Shown here: one piece after another, positions 37,274 to 47,360 of the stretch | Position numbering within the stretch: the stretch's first letter is position 1 | Layout: every line of letters begins with the position of its first letter | Virus record (IMG/VR): IMGVR_UViG_3300046170_000002 | Span: 1-51,151 of that record | DNA: 51,151 nt | Direction: 5' to 3' (one strand) | Source of the DNA: a virus | Taxonomy: Duplodnaviria; Caudoviricetes | Notes under the pieces: generated by a model | Told to the model about the DNA's origin: nothing | The model's database searches: none | The model's input: the letters and a program-made list of their open reading frames with translations, nothing else | Position numbers and translations under genes: made by a program

Positions 37274-37715
37274 TGTCCGTTATAGTTAAAGTTATTATTC
37301 CGTCTTCTACGTTATAAACAATTGTATTGCCTTCTAAAGTTAATGTACCACTATCAGAAGGAACCTCACCAAACAAGTTTTCTACTAACTGTCTTGATAG
37401 TTGTGAGTATATTCTTGACTCTAAGTTTCTTATAAATCTTGCTAGAGTTGTATTTTCTTTATCTCTTTCTATCTGGTCTTGTAAAGCTTTTATCTCTGCT
37501 TTAAGAGCTGCCTTACGGTTGAACTCTTGGTTTTGGATGGTAAGATAATGTGAGCTAGTGTTCACACCGTTAAAGCTAGGACTCTTAAACTTAAATACTA
37601 TCTCATCTGCAATACTTCCTACAGACCAAAACATAATTAACATAGTCCAAAAGAACATACAAAACTTGCAGTTCCTTGAAGCTTTTTCACTTTTAAATGT
37701 TGGTTTTAATTTCAT
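37221..37715 (-). CDS. csgF: Curli assembly component CsgF-like
   Basis: Signal peptide then EIVFKFKSPSFNG; FIRNLESRIYSQLSRQL; directly upstream of csgG. Confidence 0.8.
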   Translation of the reverse strand: MKLKPTFKSEKASRNCKFCMFFWTMLIMFWSVGSIADEIVFKFKSPSFNGVNTSSHYLTIQNQEFNRKAALKAEIKALQDQIERDKENTTLARFIRNLESRIYSQLSRQLVENLFGEVPSDSGTLTLEGNTIVYNVEDGIITLTITDSDGNTTTISLPVGNFTF

Positions 37716-37894
37716 AATGCTTTATCGTTTATCCAAAACATAAATAACATAAATCCAAATACTGCTACTTGTACAATAGAAGCTACAGTAATTTGTTTCA
37801 TCGGATGTATATCTACAATTTTTTCTATCCAAGATTCACTTGGAGAAAGATTAACTACTTGTAATATTTTCTTATCAATCTTTTCGTTGGTCAT
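37712..37894 (-). CDS. Small membrane protein
   Basis: 60 aa, C-terminal hydrophobic helix; overlaps both neighbours. Confidence 0.55.
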   Translation of the reverse strand: MTNEKIDKKILQVVNLSPSESWIEKIVDIHPMKQITVASIVQVAVFGFMLFMFWINDKAL

Positions 37895-38222
37895 CTCTGT
37901 CTGCTTTTGCTATCTTATCACTGTTAATTAATTGTGGCACACCTAGTATAGTTTTAATCATAGTATCTTGTCTTATAATTTCATTATCTAAGCTTCTTAC
38001 TCTATCTATTAATGCAACAAGTATGCCATGTTGTGAATCTAACTTAGTACCTAATCTATCTTCTAAGTTAGCTAACGAACCATTTAGTTTATCATCAAGA
38101 GTATCTAGTTTTGTTTCCATACCATCAATAATTCTGTTGATTAATTTCCAAACAAACATACCTAAACCTACAGCAGCAGCTATAGGAAAACCTAACTCTT
38201 GTATAACTTGAACTACATCCAT
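37875..38222 (-). CDS. Membrane-anchored coiled-coil protein
   Basis: N-terminal TM (LGFPIAAAVGLGMFVW) then coiled coil; coupled to the holin stop. Confidence 0.65.
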   Translation of the reverse strand: MDVVQVIQELGFPIAAAVGLGMFVWKLINRIIDGMETKLDTLDDKLNGSLANLEDRLGTKLDSQHGILVALIDRVRSLDNEIIRQDTMIKTILGVPQLINSDKIAKADRDDQRKD

Positions 38223-38695
38223 TAGTCTTTAGAAGTGTTAGAAGCTCCAAAGTAAAATGATATTACAGCACTTGCCAAGCCACCAAGGTATCCAAGTACA
38301 AGGTTTATAAGAGCTTCAGAGTTCTGCTCTGGTGGTTGTAGAGTGACAAGGAATATGTATCCCATGAATCCACCTACAACAGCTATGCCCATAATACGGG
38401 CTGTCCAGTCTTTACTGAACTTATTTCTAGCGTCTTGTCCATCTTGTGTCTCTAACTTAAATACATCTACTTCAAGCTCTTTCATCTGTACTTCAAAGTC
38501 TTGTTCAGCTTTTTTAAGTTCTAACATTTGTTCAGGTGTAGCTTCAGCTAATCCTTTTTCTATAGCCTTTGGAGTATTAGGAACACCTAACACTTCTGAT
38601 ATCATGTTAGCTGCCATTCCTCCCATCGGTCCACCCAAGGCAGTTCCTAATGTAGGTGCAACAGCTCCAACTATGTTTTTTAATAATGCTTTCAT
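38222..38695 (-). CDS. Putative holin (GTA-holin-like)
   Basis: Gly-rich N-terminal helix, two C-terminal TMs ending FYFGAS; immediately after lysozyme. Confidence 0.6.
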   Translation of the reverse strand: MKALLKNIVGAVAPTLGTALGGPMGGMAANMISEVLGVPNTPKAIEKGLAEATPEQMLELKKAEQDFEVQMKELEVDVFKLETQDGQDARNKFSKDWTARIMGIAVVGGFMGYIFLVTLQPPEQNSEALINLVLGYLGGLASAVISFYFGASNTSKD

Positions 38696-38696
38696 T

Positions 38697-39146
38697 TCAG
38701 GCTCCTAATACCATTTCTTGTAATTCTTTACTACGTCTACCAACTTGTCCATACCAACGACTATCTTCCATTTGCACAGCCATTTCTTTCCAGTCATGGT
38801 TTCTACAAGCTTTTAACATGTTACGAAACTTGGAAAGCCTAGAGCCTCCTAAGTTAAAACACATATTTACTAATACTCTTTGTATTACTTCTGGAAGTTC
38901 ATCCCAATCTTCGTGGCTTCCAAAGACATGTATAGCTTCCATGTAGTGTTTGTCAAAGTCATCTTCATAATACATATCTACAACTTCTTGAGATACAGAT
39001 GTGCCAACTGCCCAATCATATTCAGGGTCTTCGGGTTGGCAAAGATGTCCAACTCCTAGAGTTTTATATCCTAAACTATCTTCATAGATGTTTAGTACTT
39101 CACCTTCGTGTCTTTTAATTTGTTCTTTACATAGTTCTATGTTCAT
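38697..39146 (-). CDS. Endolysin, T4-lysozyme-like (GH24)
   Basis: HEG...YEDSLGYKTLGVGH with E-x8-D-x5-T catalytic spacing; MCFNLG, DSRWYGQVGRR. Confidence 0.9.
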   Translation of the reverse strand: MNIELCKEQIKRHEGEVLNIYEDSLGYKTLGVGHLCQPEDPEYDWAVGTSVSQEVVDMYYEDDFDKHYMEAIHVFGSHEDWDELPEVIQRVLVNMCFNLGGSRLSKFRNMLKACRNHDWKEMAVQMEDSRWYGQVGRRSKELQEMVLGA

Positions 39147-39147
39147 A

Positions 39148-42100
39148 TTATAATCCTATTTCTTTATATGGTCGGATAAATTTATTTATTACAGACTGTT
39201 TATATCCACCAGCTTTTAAAGCATCTACTGCTTCTGTTACAGTAATATCTTTATCTTCTAATAAATCTTTTATCATTGTTAAACTTACAAATCTTTCATC
39301 TACAGTTTCATCTAACTTTTCTAAATGTTTTCTATCTAAATAACTCTTTCTTAATTTCTGACCTCTTTTACTAGAAGCATTGTCAATAGTTTTGATTAAA
39401 GCTTTTGCTATTCCACCAGCAACATAAGGCTTTCTTAAACCTAGTCCTTCCATTTGTGATTTAAGTTCTCTATCTTCAATGTCTTGTGCAGCTTCTGAGG
39501 TTGCGTTAAAAGGTTTACCTGTAACTCTACTTTGCATTTCGTCAGGTTCATCTGTAACATTAGATACATTTTTAACTATACCACCTTTGTTAAATAAAGG
39601 TTTAAAAGAATCTTTTTTTCTTCTACCTGTAATTGGTCCAGAGCCAAATAAATTACCAATGCTAGGAGTATCTTCTGTTAATAAAGATTTACCTTGGTCA
39701 AATTTTCTAGCTTTTGTTCTTAAATCTTTTCTAGTTCCCGGACCAAATATTATATCATAGAAAGATTGATAAGGTAAATTAGTAGCTGCTATTTCTGCGA
39801 ATCCTCTTCTATATGCAATAGCATCTATAACATCTTGAGGTAATGGTCCTGCACCCATTCTTAAAAAAGAAGTAACTAATCCAGATTTTTTAGCATCACT
39901 TGCATCTGTAAATCTATTTACATAATCTAATGGACCCATTCCTCCCCACCTTCTCCAAGCATCTCCTATAACTTGACCAGTTGGTAAATCTTCTCCTGTT
40001 TGATAATCTTGTAAAGATTTTCCTTGACTTCTAATTAAATTACTTACGTGAGCAACTCCAGTCATTAATAAAGTAGTAGGTAATACTTTAGGTAACCCTA
40101 CTTGTAAAGGATATGTTTTCATTTCTCTTACAAATCTTTTTAAAATAGTATTACTAAAAACAGTAGGATATCCAGCAAACTGTGTTAATAAAGAACCAGC
40201 AGGACTTGAAAACCATAAAGGTCTATTAGCTTCTGCAGCACTTGGATTTAATATTACTTCTTTAGTAAATCTATTAGCTCCTCCTAAAATATTTTCTTGA
40301 TAAAAATTTTGTTGAAAACTTTGAAATTCTTTTTGAGCATCATTTACTGGATTAAATAATCCTTTAGAAGCATTGGGATTAAATTCTCCTTTAGAGTCTA
40401 AAGAATTTTTATACCATTGTAAAGATGTTTCTTTATTTATACCAAGCTCTTCTAATTGACCTTCATAATATTTAAGTAATTTTTTATCTTTTATTATTTT
40501 TGTACCTATAGAATGATTATATAAATCTCTAATTCTATTTCTAATCATCATTTTACCTGTAGTAAAAGAAGCTAATTGAACAGCTTTAGTCCACTGTGTT
40601 AATAAATTAGATTTAAAAAATGCATTTTGAGCTTCTTTAACTGTAAAGATTCCACGAAAAAATTGACTATCGTGCAAAGCTTCACCAGCAAGTCCAGCTA
40701 TTCTTTCTTGAACAGATTGTTCTAAAGCCAATCCTGTCTGATAAAGTTCTTGCCATTGATAATCTTCTAAATCTTTAAAACCTTTTTGAAGTCCTACAGC
40801 TTTTGCTTCTTTAACAGTTTTAATATCTGCAGTGCCAATTCTTTTAATAGCTTTAATACTTCTATCTACTATATTAGTTCCTTCTTTCTTTAAACCATTA
40901 CCAATAAGACTTAAAGTTTCTGGAACTTCATGAGTTCCTACACGACTTAAAAGAATAAAAGGTTCAGTAATACTAGATAAAGTAGCAAAGGGTAAATGAG
41001 CCATTTGCTGTGAAAGTTTTCCCCAATCAGAAGCTGCTCTAGCAAATTTACTTTTACCTATTAATGAATCTTTATATTGTTCTATACCAGTAACTTGTTT
41101 AAAAAGTGTTCTAATTTTATCACCAACTTTATTAGCTTCATCTCCTCCACCTAACTCATCAATAATTTTAGATACTTCTTTTTCATCAAACTCTCTTAAA
41201 GTATTTCCAAAATATTTTTTACGAGCCATAGATTGTGAAATATCAGTAGTATATTGCTCTAAAATATCTTGAACATCACCTTCTAAAAATTCATCTAAAT
41301 CATTATCTTTTAAATTTCTAAATCTTCTAGCTTGAAAATATCCATGAGAATCACCTACACCTTTTTGTCGTAAATCAAAAGGAGTATATCTATACTGTAA
41401 CATGTCTTGAATAATAGCATCAGCTTTTAATTGTTTAGCTTTATCAAGTTCTAAAGATGTTAAATCTTTTACCTCAGTTACTTTTACAGATTTACCTTCT
41501 TTAATAATTCTTCTTTTACCAGCAGCTTCAGTAGCAAAATTTCTACCAAAACTAGTAATGTCTGTTCCTAAATCATCATACCTACTAACTTCAATAGACT
41601 TACCAGCATCGTCTAATATTTCATTTCCTTCAGCATCCTTAACTTTAAACATTTCTCGTTCATTAGTAGGGTCAGCATGTCCAGATTTAATTAATAAGTT
41701 TTTAAATTTACTATCTTCACCTAATCCAAAATCTTTTTCAATACTAGAATAATTAAAAAATCTAGGGAAGTACGCACCTTTATTTGTTGTGTCTGGTCTA
41801 AATAATCCTAAATCATTAGCTTCATCAAATATATCATTTAAAATTTTTCTTGTTCCAATATACGCAGTAGCTAAATCTTCATCTATTAATATATCGTTAT
41901 AAGATTTACCTATTAATTTATTTACAGATTCATCTCCTTGTTCAAGAAATGTTCTGCCTAGTTGCTCATCTCTTAATAAAAACTTTAATGAATTATTTTG
42001 TTCTTCTAATAATTTATTTCTATATCCAGTTCTATATAAATTATTAAATGATTTAGCAAGACCATAATGATATTTACCAAATAATCTACCAAGGTATTCA

Positions 42101-43422
42101 CCATATGTCCATTGTGTTTCTGATTCAGAACCATTTAAAAGAATAGCATTTTTTTTACTTCGTTTCCCTTCTGTAACTAAACCAACATCATAATCATATC
42201 TAAGTTTTCTTAAAAAGTTTTCTAAAGTTGGAGACTGTTCTACTAACTCTAAAAATTCTGTAGTAGGTTTACCTATACTTTTTGATAATGCCCAGTTCAA
42301 ATCATGAACTTTTTTGTCTTTAAATTTTTCTAATCTTTTACCAACATCAGCAAATGGTTTACCTGTTTCAGGATTTAATGGTACTCCATCTTCATTGAAC
42401 TTTACTAAATCATCATTAACATTAAAGAAAATATCTTCACTTTGTTCATCATCAAACTTATAAAGTATTGCATCGTTTTCATATTTAGCTAATTCTAACT
42501 CTCTACTGTTAGGACCAACAAAATCAATATTGTCTTCATTTACAAACTTAAATTCTTTATCTACAAATTTAGAATGATACTTACCACTAGCAGCACCAAT
42601 GGCTCCACCCACACCAGCACCGAAACCTGCCCCTACTCCAGCCATTGCAAGAACTTGACCATAGTCTATATCTTGACCCAAGCCTAAATCAATATCCATG
42701 TCTTGCATAAAATAATTATGTAATCCACCCCAAGCCATTCCTTCTGCAGCACCATATAAACCATAAGACTTTGCAGTTTCTTTAGTTATAGCATCTTGTA
42801 ATTTAGCTTTAGTTAATCTTTTTACACCTTGTCTAGCAGCCTCACCAATAGCAGCTCTACCAGCTACTGTAGCTCCTCCAGACGGTATAGCAAAAAGACC
42901 TGTTAAGATATTAAGAGGGTCTAATAAAACATCTCCTGCTACGTCTTTAACCATTCCAAACTTTTCTTTAAATCCTCTAAGTTCAGAATTATTAAAAGCA
43001 TCACGTAAATATACGTAATCTTCTTTTTGGTCTTCTGACCACTTACCTGTTTGAAAAGAACGTACTACAGCACTACCTAAACTATAATCAGCATCTCTTA
43101 AATATTCAAATATATTTTCATTACTGCCAATACCATCTAAAAATCTTTCAGCCCTTACAGCAAACTCAGGGTCATTCGCAAGTTGAGTTAAGCTTTTTTT
43201 ACCAGTAGCAGAAGAAGTAATTGTTTTAACAGGAGCAATATCTTTTTGAATTTGACTATCTAATTCAGCCATTTGTTGATAGCCGATAGGATTGTCATCT
43301 AATGAAGGTTTATTTATTTCACCAAAGAATGAAGCTAAATTATTTTCTCTTTCTTTTGTAGGGTCTTCTAAGTTTTTATTACGCATCAGTTCTTGATACG
43401 CTTGGAATGTATATCTAGACAT
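39148..43422 (-). CDS. Large internal virion (ejection) protein
   Basis: 1424 aa, Gly/Ala-rich hydrophobic segment, position in the internal-protein cluster. Confidence 0.65.
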   Translation of the reverse strand: MSRYTFQAYQELMRNKNLEDPTKERENNLASFFGEINKPSLDDNPIGYQQMAELDSQIQKDIAPVKTITSSATGKKSLTQLANDPEFAVRAERFLDGIGSNENIFEYLRDADYSLGSAVVRSFQTGKWSEDQKEDYVYLRDAFNNSELRGFKEKFGMVKDVAGDVLLDPLNILTGLFAIPSGGATVAGRAAIGEAARQGVKRLTKAKLQDAITKETAKSYGLYGAAEGMAWGGLHNYFMQDMDIDLGLGQDIDYGQVLAMAGVGAGFGAGVGGAIGAASGKYHSKFVDKEFKFVNEDNIDFVGPNSRELELAKYENDAILYKFDDEQSEDIFFNVNDDLVKFNEDGVPLNPETGKPFADVGKRLEKFKDKKVHDLNWALSKSIGKPTTEFLELVEQSPTLENFLRKLRYDYDVGLVTEGKRSKKNAILLNGSESETQWTYGEYLGRLFGKYHYGLAKSFNNLYRTGYRNKLLEEQNNSLKFLLRDEQLGRTFLEQGDESVNKLIGKSYNDILIDEDLATAYIGTRKILNDIFDEANDLGLFRPDTTNKGAYFPRFFNYSSIEKDFGLGEDSKFKNLLIKSGHADPTNEREMFKVKDAEGNEILDDAGKSIEVSRYDDLGTDITSFGRNFATEAAGKRRIIKEGKSVKVTEVKDLTSLELDKAKQLKADAIIQDMLQYRYTPFDLRQKGVGDSHGYFQARRFRNLKDNDLDEFLEGDVQDILEQYTTDISQSMARKKYFGNTLREFDEKEVSKIIDELGGGDEANKVGDKIRTLFKQVTGIEQYKDSLIGKSKFARAASDWGKLSQQMAHLPFATLSSITEPFILLSRVGTHEVPETLSLIGNGLKKEGTNIVDRSIKAIKRIGTADIKTVKEAKAVGLQKGFKDLEDYQWQELYQTGLALEQSVQERIAGLAGEALHDSQFFRGIFTVKEAQNAFFKSNLLTQWTKAVQLASFTTGKMMIRNRIRDLYNHSIGTKIIKDKKLLKYYEGQLEELGINKETSLQWYKNSLDSKGEFNPNASKGLFNPVNDAQKEFQSFQQNFYQENILGGANRFTKEVILNPSAAEANRPLWFSSPAGSLLTQFAGYPTVFSNTILKRFVREMKTYPLQVGLPKVLPTTLLMTGVAHVSNLIRSQGKSLQDYQTGEDLPTGQVIGDAWRRWGGMGPLDYVNRFTDASDAKKSGLVTSFLRMGAGPLPQDVIDAIAYRRGFAEIAATNLPYQSFYDIIFGPGTRKDLRTKARKFDQGKSLLTEDTPSIGNLFGSGPITGRRKKDSFKPLFNKGGIVKNVSNVTDEPDEMQSRVTGKPFNATSEAAQDIEDRELKSQMEGLGLRKPYVAGGIAKALIKTIDNASSKRGQKLRKSYLDRKHLEKLDETVDERFVSLTMIKDLLEDKDITVTEAVDALKAGGYKQSVINKFIRPYKEIGL

Positions 43423-45859
43423 TTTCTTTTAGGAATTTAGCAAATCGTTTAGCTCTATTATCTGTTTGTTCATACCATAAAGAATCTACTGCTTCATCAT
43501 GAGCATCTTGTCCATCTCCTCTTTCAATAGCATCAAACATTTTAACAAATTTTAATCCTTTTGTTTCTCCTAATTGAAAAAAGAAAGATGTAAACATTGG
43601 TAAAGCTTCAGGATTATTTAATAATTCAGGATTTTTTTCATTTAAAACTCTTCTAGCTGTATCTATAGCAATCTTTCTATCTGAACTATACCACTCTTGA
43701 ATTGTTTCTGTAGGAACATAATCACCTTTTTTGTATTGCTTTAATTCTTCTCCTACTAATTTATGACCAATACCAGAAGTTAAGTTTCCTGTAGTATCTG
43801 AATAAACTTTTGTTCTATATCCTTCATCATCTAATAATTTTACATCTATTAAATTATCAGCATTATTAATTTGATATCTAAATAATTTTTCTTTTTTCTT
43901 TTCAATAGTTTCTTCAGGAGCATTTTGTTCTTCTAAGTCTGCTATTTCTGTTTTAAGATTAGCTTCTTTTCTTTTAACTGTAGGGCTAGTTATAAGTTCT
44001 TTAAACAAATCTATTCTTTTAGTAAAGTCAGTAGGCTTAGAATCTGTTGCACCTTTAATAGCTTCTACTGCTCCAAACATAGCTTGACCGGTTAATGGAG
44101 TAGCAACTCTTGCACCTGAAGGTAATCCAGAAAGTGTCATTCCTACACCAGCTTTCCATTTTTCCCAAGATGTCATGCCTCTCATAGCTTTATAATCTTC
44201 AACATTTAAGTTATCCGGATGAGAAATATTTGAAAATAAATCTTCTATTAATATTTCTTTTTTTGCATTAGATAATTTAGACTTATCAATATTTTCATAA
44301 TGAGAATCAAATATTAAAATTTTATTTTTTCTGTCTAGTTTTTCCCAATTCTTATCTTGTTCAAATCTGCCAGTATCTGATTCACTAGGAGTTTTAATAC
44401 CATCATTAAATAAACTAGGTATTAATCCAGAAAATCTATCATAGCTATATCCTTTTTGTATATTACCTACAATACCTGTACCATCATATCTTTCTTTTCC
44501 TCGTTCATACCAAGCTTTTTCAACTTTAAAACCTTCAGAACCCATAACCATAATAGAAAAATTTCTTTTATAAACATCATCAGATATTAAGTTTTTAAAA
44601 TTTTGCATATCAGATTCAGTAGCTTTATTACCGTACAGCATTTCAAATTTACTTTCATATATAGCTTCAGCTAGTTTAGGTTTTTCACCTACTAATTTTT
44701 CAAAAGCTAAAGTATCTCTAATAAAAGCTTTACCCTCAATAGGATTAGTTCCTACATCTTCCCAGAAATCTTCAAACCTTCCTTTCTTACCTGACATCTG
44801 TAATAGCTCTGCTAATTGTGGGTTGTCTTTACTGTTATATACACTTCTAGTATTTTGATTAGCACTAAAACTTGTAATAAATGTTGAAAGTGCTTCTTGA
44901 CCTTGCTGGTCTTCATTAGCTTGATTGATTACATCTCGTTCACTACCTTTAATATCTTTCATATACTCTTGTATAGAGTTTGTCATGTTTGCACTAATAT
45001 CTAATTCAGCAATAACATCATCTAAGTTTCCATAAAAGTCTTCACGTTTAATTTCTTTAAATAAATTTATGCCTCCTTCTTCTTCTTGCCTTTTTCCAAT
45101 TTTTCTAAAGGCATGTTTTAAACCTTCAAAGACTCCTACATTTCTATATTTTTGTTTTTGTTTATTAAATATATTTTTTTCATAAGCTGTTAATTGATGA
45201 GGTGTTAATTGCATTGCTCTTTCTAATGCATCAGCTTGAGATAAAAATTCTCCACTAGGAGTTCTTGTTAAACCTTTAATTGCTTCATTAAATTTTTGAT
45301 ATTTGTTTCCTTCTAAATAATGACTTACTATATTATTTAATGCAACTTCTTTTGCTCCGTTGTATAATTTTTTATCATTTTTAAATGTTTGTAAGTTATC
45401 AAAAATATTTCCTTGTTCAATAACTGTATCTAAAGAACCTTTTAATTTTTGTTCTAAAATATCTCTGTAGGGGCTGTTCATATATGCTTTTGTTTTTTCA
45501 TCGAGAGACATAGTAGCCCATTCTTGGTCTGGACCTGCTAAACTTTTAAGGTCTTCTTCATTAAAACCTGCTGATATAATGTTAGCCATTCCACTAACTC
45601 TTTTAGATTGCTGTTCATTATTAGAATACTCAAAAATACCCATATCATCTGCTTCTTTTTCTCTTTTTTTGTAAGCATTTTTAAATATCTGTTGACCTAC
45701 TCCTATTACAGCAAGAGCTTTACCAATCCTTGCAGATTTTTTTTGTTCTTTTGCTGCTTCTCTATTAATAGATTCTTGTCTAGATAATAAAGATGAACCA
45801 AGTTCTTCTAAACTTTTATCTTGATAACTACTCATTATATCACTAAAATTATCTGCCAT
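43415..45859 (-). CDS. Internal virion protein with C-terminal lysozyme domain
   Basis: 814 aa; DEGYRTKVYSDTTGNLTSGIGH...FFFQLG...DSLWYEQTDNRA. Confidence 0.75.
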   Translation of the reverse strand: MADNFSDIMSSYQDKSLEELGSSLLSRQESINREAAKEQKKSARIGKALAVIGVGQQIFKNAYKKREKEADDMGIFEYSNNEQQSKRVSGMANIISAGFNEEDLKSLAGPDQEWATMSLDEKTKAYMNSPYRDILEQKLKGSLDTVIEQGNIFDNLQTFKNDKKLYNGAKEVALNNIVSHYLEGNKYQKFNEAIKGLTRTPSGEFLSQADALERAMQLTPHQLTAYEKNIFNKQKQKYRNVGVFEGLKHAFRKIGKRQEEEGGINLFKEIKREDFYGNLDDVIAELDISANMTNSIQEYMKDIKGSERDVINQANEDQQGQEALSTFITSFSANQNTRSVYNSKDNPQLAELLQMSGKKGRFEDFWEDVGTNPIEGKAFIRDTLAFEKLVGEKPKLAEAIYESKFEMLYGNKATESDMQNFKNLISDDVYKRNFSIMVMGSEGFKVEKAWYERGKERYDGTGIVGNIQKGYSYDRFSGLIPSLFNDGIKTPSESDTGRFEQDKNWEKLDRKNKILIFDSHYENIDKSKLSNAKKEILIEDLFSNISHPDNLNVEDYKAMRGMTSWEKWKAGVGMTLSGLPSGARVATPLTGQAMFGAVEAIKGATDSKPTDFTKRIDLFKELITSPTVKRKEANLKTEIADLEEQNAPEETIEKKKEKLFRYQINNADNLIDVKLLDDEGYRTKVYSDTTGNLTSGIGHKLVGEELKQYKKGDYVPTETIQEWYSSDRKIAIDTARRVLNEKNPELLNNPEALPMFTSFFFQLGETKGLKFVKMFDAIERGDGQDAHDEAVDSLWYEQTDNRAKRFAKFLKENV

Positions 45860-45860
45860 G

Positions 45861-46469
45861 TTAAACTCCTGTTTTACCTAATAAACTTTTACCCTGTTGT
45901 AATTCAGGTTTAGGTTTTTGTAAAATACTTTCACGTAATTTTGAACTATCTAATTTATCTAATTGCTCTTTAATATCTTTACCTACTGATGTAGGTTGTG
46001 CATTTAAAACTTTAGCATCTTGAAATGTACCACCTTCTTCTATAAAAGATTTAGATTCATTAATTACTCTATTTGAAGTATTTTCATCTATATCTTCATC
46101 TATTGATTCATCTGCATCTATAACTGGTTCTACACCTGCTTTTTCTGCAATAGCCATAAGCATATACATAGTAGGCTCTAAAAGATTTAGCATCATATCT
46201 GGATTAAATTTACCTTTGTTAAATCCTTCTCTCAAAACAACTTGAGATATTGTATTTACAGGAATGCCATTTGACATTAAACCTATAACATTTTGAAGTC
46301 TATTAGGTTCTAATAAATCTAAAAATATTTTCTCTCTTGCTTCTTTAACAGAAGCATATTTAGAAGGTTGTTCCCAAGGATAACTTTGTTCAGGAGAATT
46401 AGTTAAAGATTGACCTGCTATAGGTTTTTCAAATAATACTTCTTGTAAATTTTGAGGTGTTGCTGCCAT
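45861..46469 (-). CDS. Virion-associated hypothetical protein
   Basis: PIAGQSLT...YPWEQP motif; within the internal-protein cluster. Confidence 0.6.
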   Translation of the reverse strand: MAATPQNLQEVLFEKPIAGQSLTNSPEQSYPWEQPSKYASVKEAREKIFLDLLEPNRLQNVIGLMSNGIPVNTISQVVLREGFNKGKFNPDMMLNLLEPTMYMLMAIAEKAGVEPVIDADESIDEDIDENTSNRVINESKSFIEEGGTFQDAKVLNAQPTSVGKDIKEQLDKLDSSKLRESILQKPKPELQQGKSLLGKTGV

Positions 46470-46478
46470 AATAATTCC

Positions 46479-47348
46479 TTAAGTTAATATACCTGTATAT
46501 GCATTTTCTAATTTAAAAATATCATCATCAGTTGGGTTAGGGTTATTAAAATCCATATACATTAAATTTGGGTTTTGTTGTTTCATTAAAGTAGTCTGTG
46601 CAACATCTGCAAAATAAGAAGCTGTTGCTTTTCTTTGCTGTTGTTGTGCAAACCTTTCAGCATCTTCAGTAGCTATTATATCACTTCCTGCCAATTGAAT
46701 AGGGGCTATTTTTTTATATGCACTAAATTCTCTACTACTTCTTAGCCTTTCTTTAAATTTTAATTTTTCTCCAGTTACTGCATCAACTTTACTTTCTTTA
46801 GAAAAAAGTTTAGGTTTATCGCTTGTAAACATTTCTTCTCCTGCTTTTCTAAAGTCTGTATCTAAAAACTTAGTAGGTTTTTTACCTACTGTTATAGTTT
46901 CATCCATAGTAGAACCTATCATATTTTTATCAAAAGTTAATGACTGAGCTTCAACATCTGCTGGTTTAATAAATCCATTAGTTACATCACTTACAAAGTT
47001 TCTAAAACTAGAACCTCCAGTTCCTGCTCCACCAAACACTTCTCCAACTTTATTCATTCCCATTTCTACTGCATCAGTCACTCTATTAAAAACTCTACCT
47101 ACTCCTTTGCCTACAAACCCTGCAGCAGTTTGAATACCTTGAGCTATAGGTGCAAGGAAAGAAGAACCTCCTGCTATACTATTTATCCATGTTCCCATAC
47201 CCGGAAGTATAAAAGATAAAGCAACAGAGCCTAATGGACCTAATTTACCAAAAGCTTTAGCAACTTTACCTAAACCACTTTTAAGTCTTTTACCTATTTT
47301 TTTAAAGCCTCTTCCTATTTTCTTACCTATTTTTCTTAATTTTCCCAT
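46479..47348 (-). CDS. Putative internal virion / membrane-inserting ejection protein
   Basis: Basic amphipathic N-terminus followed by a Gly-rich hydrophobic segment. Confidence 0.55.
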   Translation of the reverse strand: MGKLRKIGKKIGRGFKKIGKRLKSGLGKVAKAFGKLGPLGSVALSFILPGMGTWINSIAGGSSFLAPIAQGIQTAAGFVGKGVGRVFNRVTDAVEMGMNKVGEVFGGAGTGGSSFRNFVSDVTNGFIKPADVEAQSLTFDKNMIGSTMDETITVGKKPTKFLDTDFRKAGEEMFTSDKPKLFSKESKVDAVTGEKLKFKERLRSSREFSAYKKIAPIQLAGSDIIATEDAERFAQQQQRKATASYFADVAQTTLMKQQNPNLMYMDFNNPNPTDDDIFKLENAYTGILT

Positions 47349-47360
47349 AATAAATTCCTT

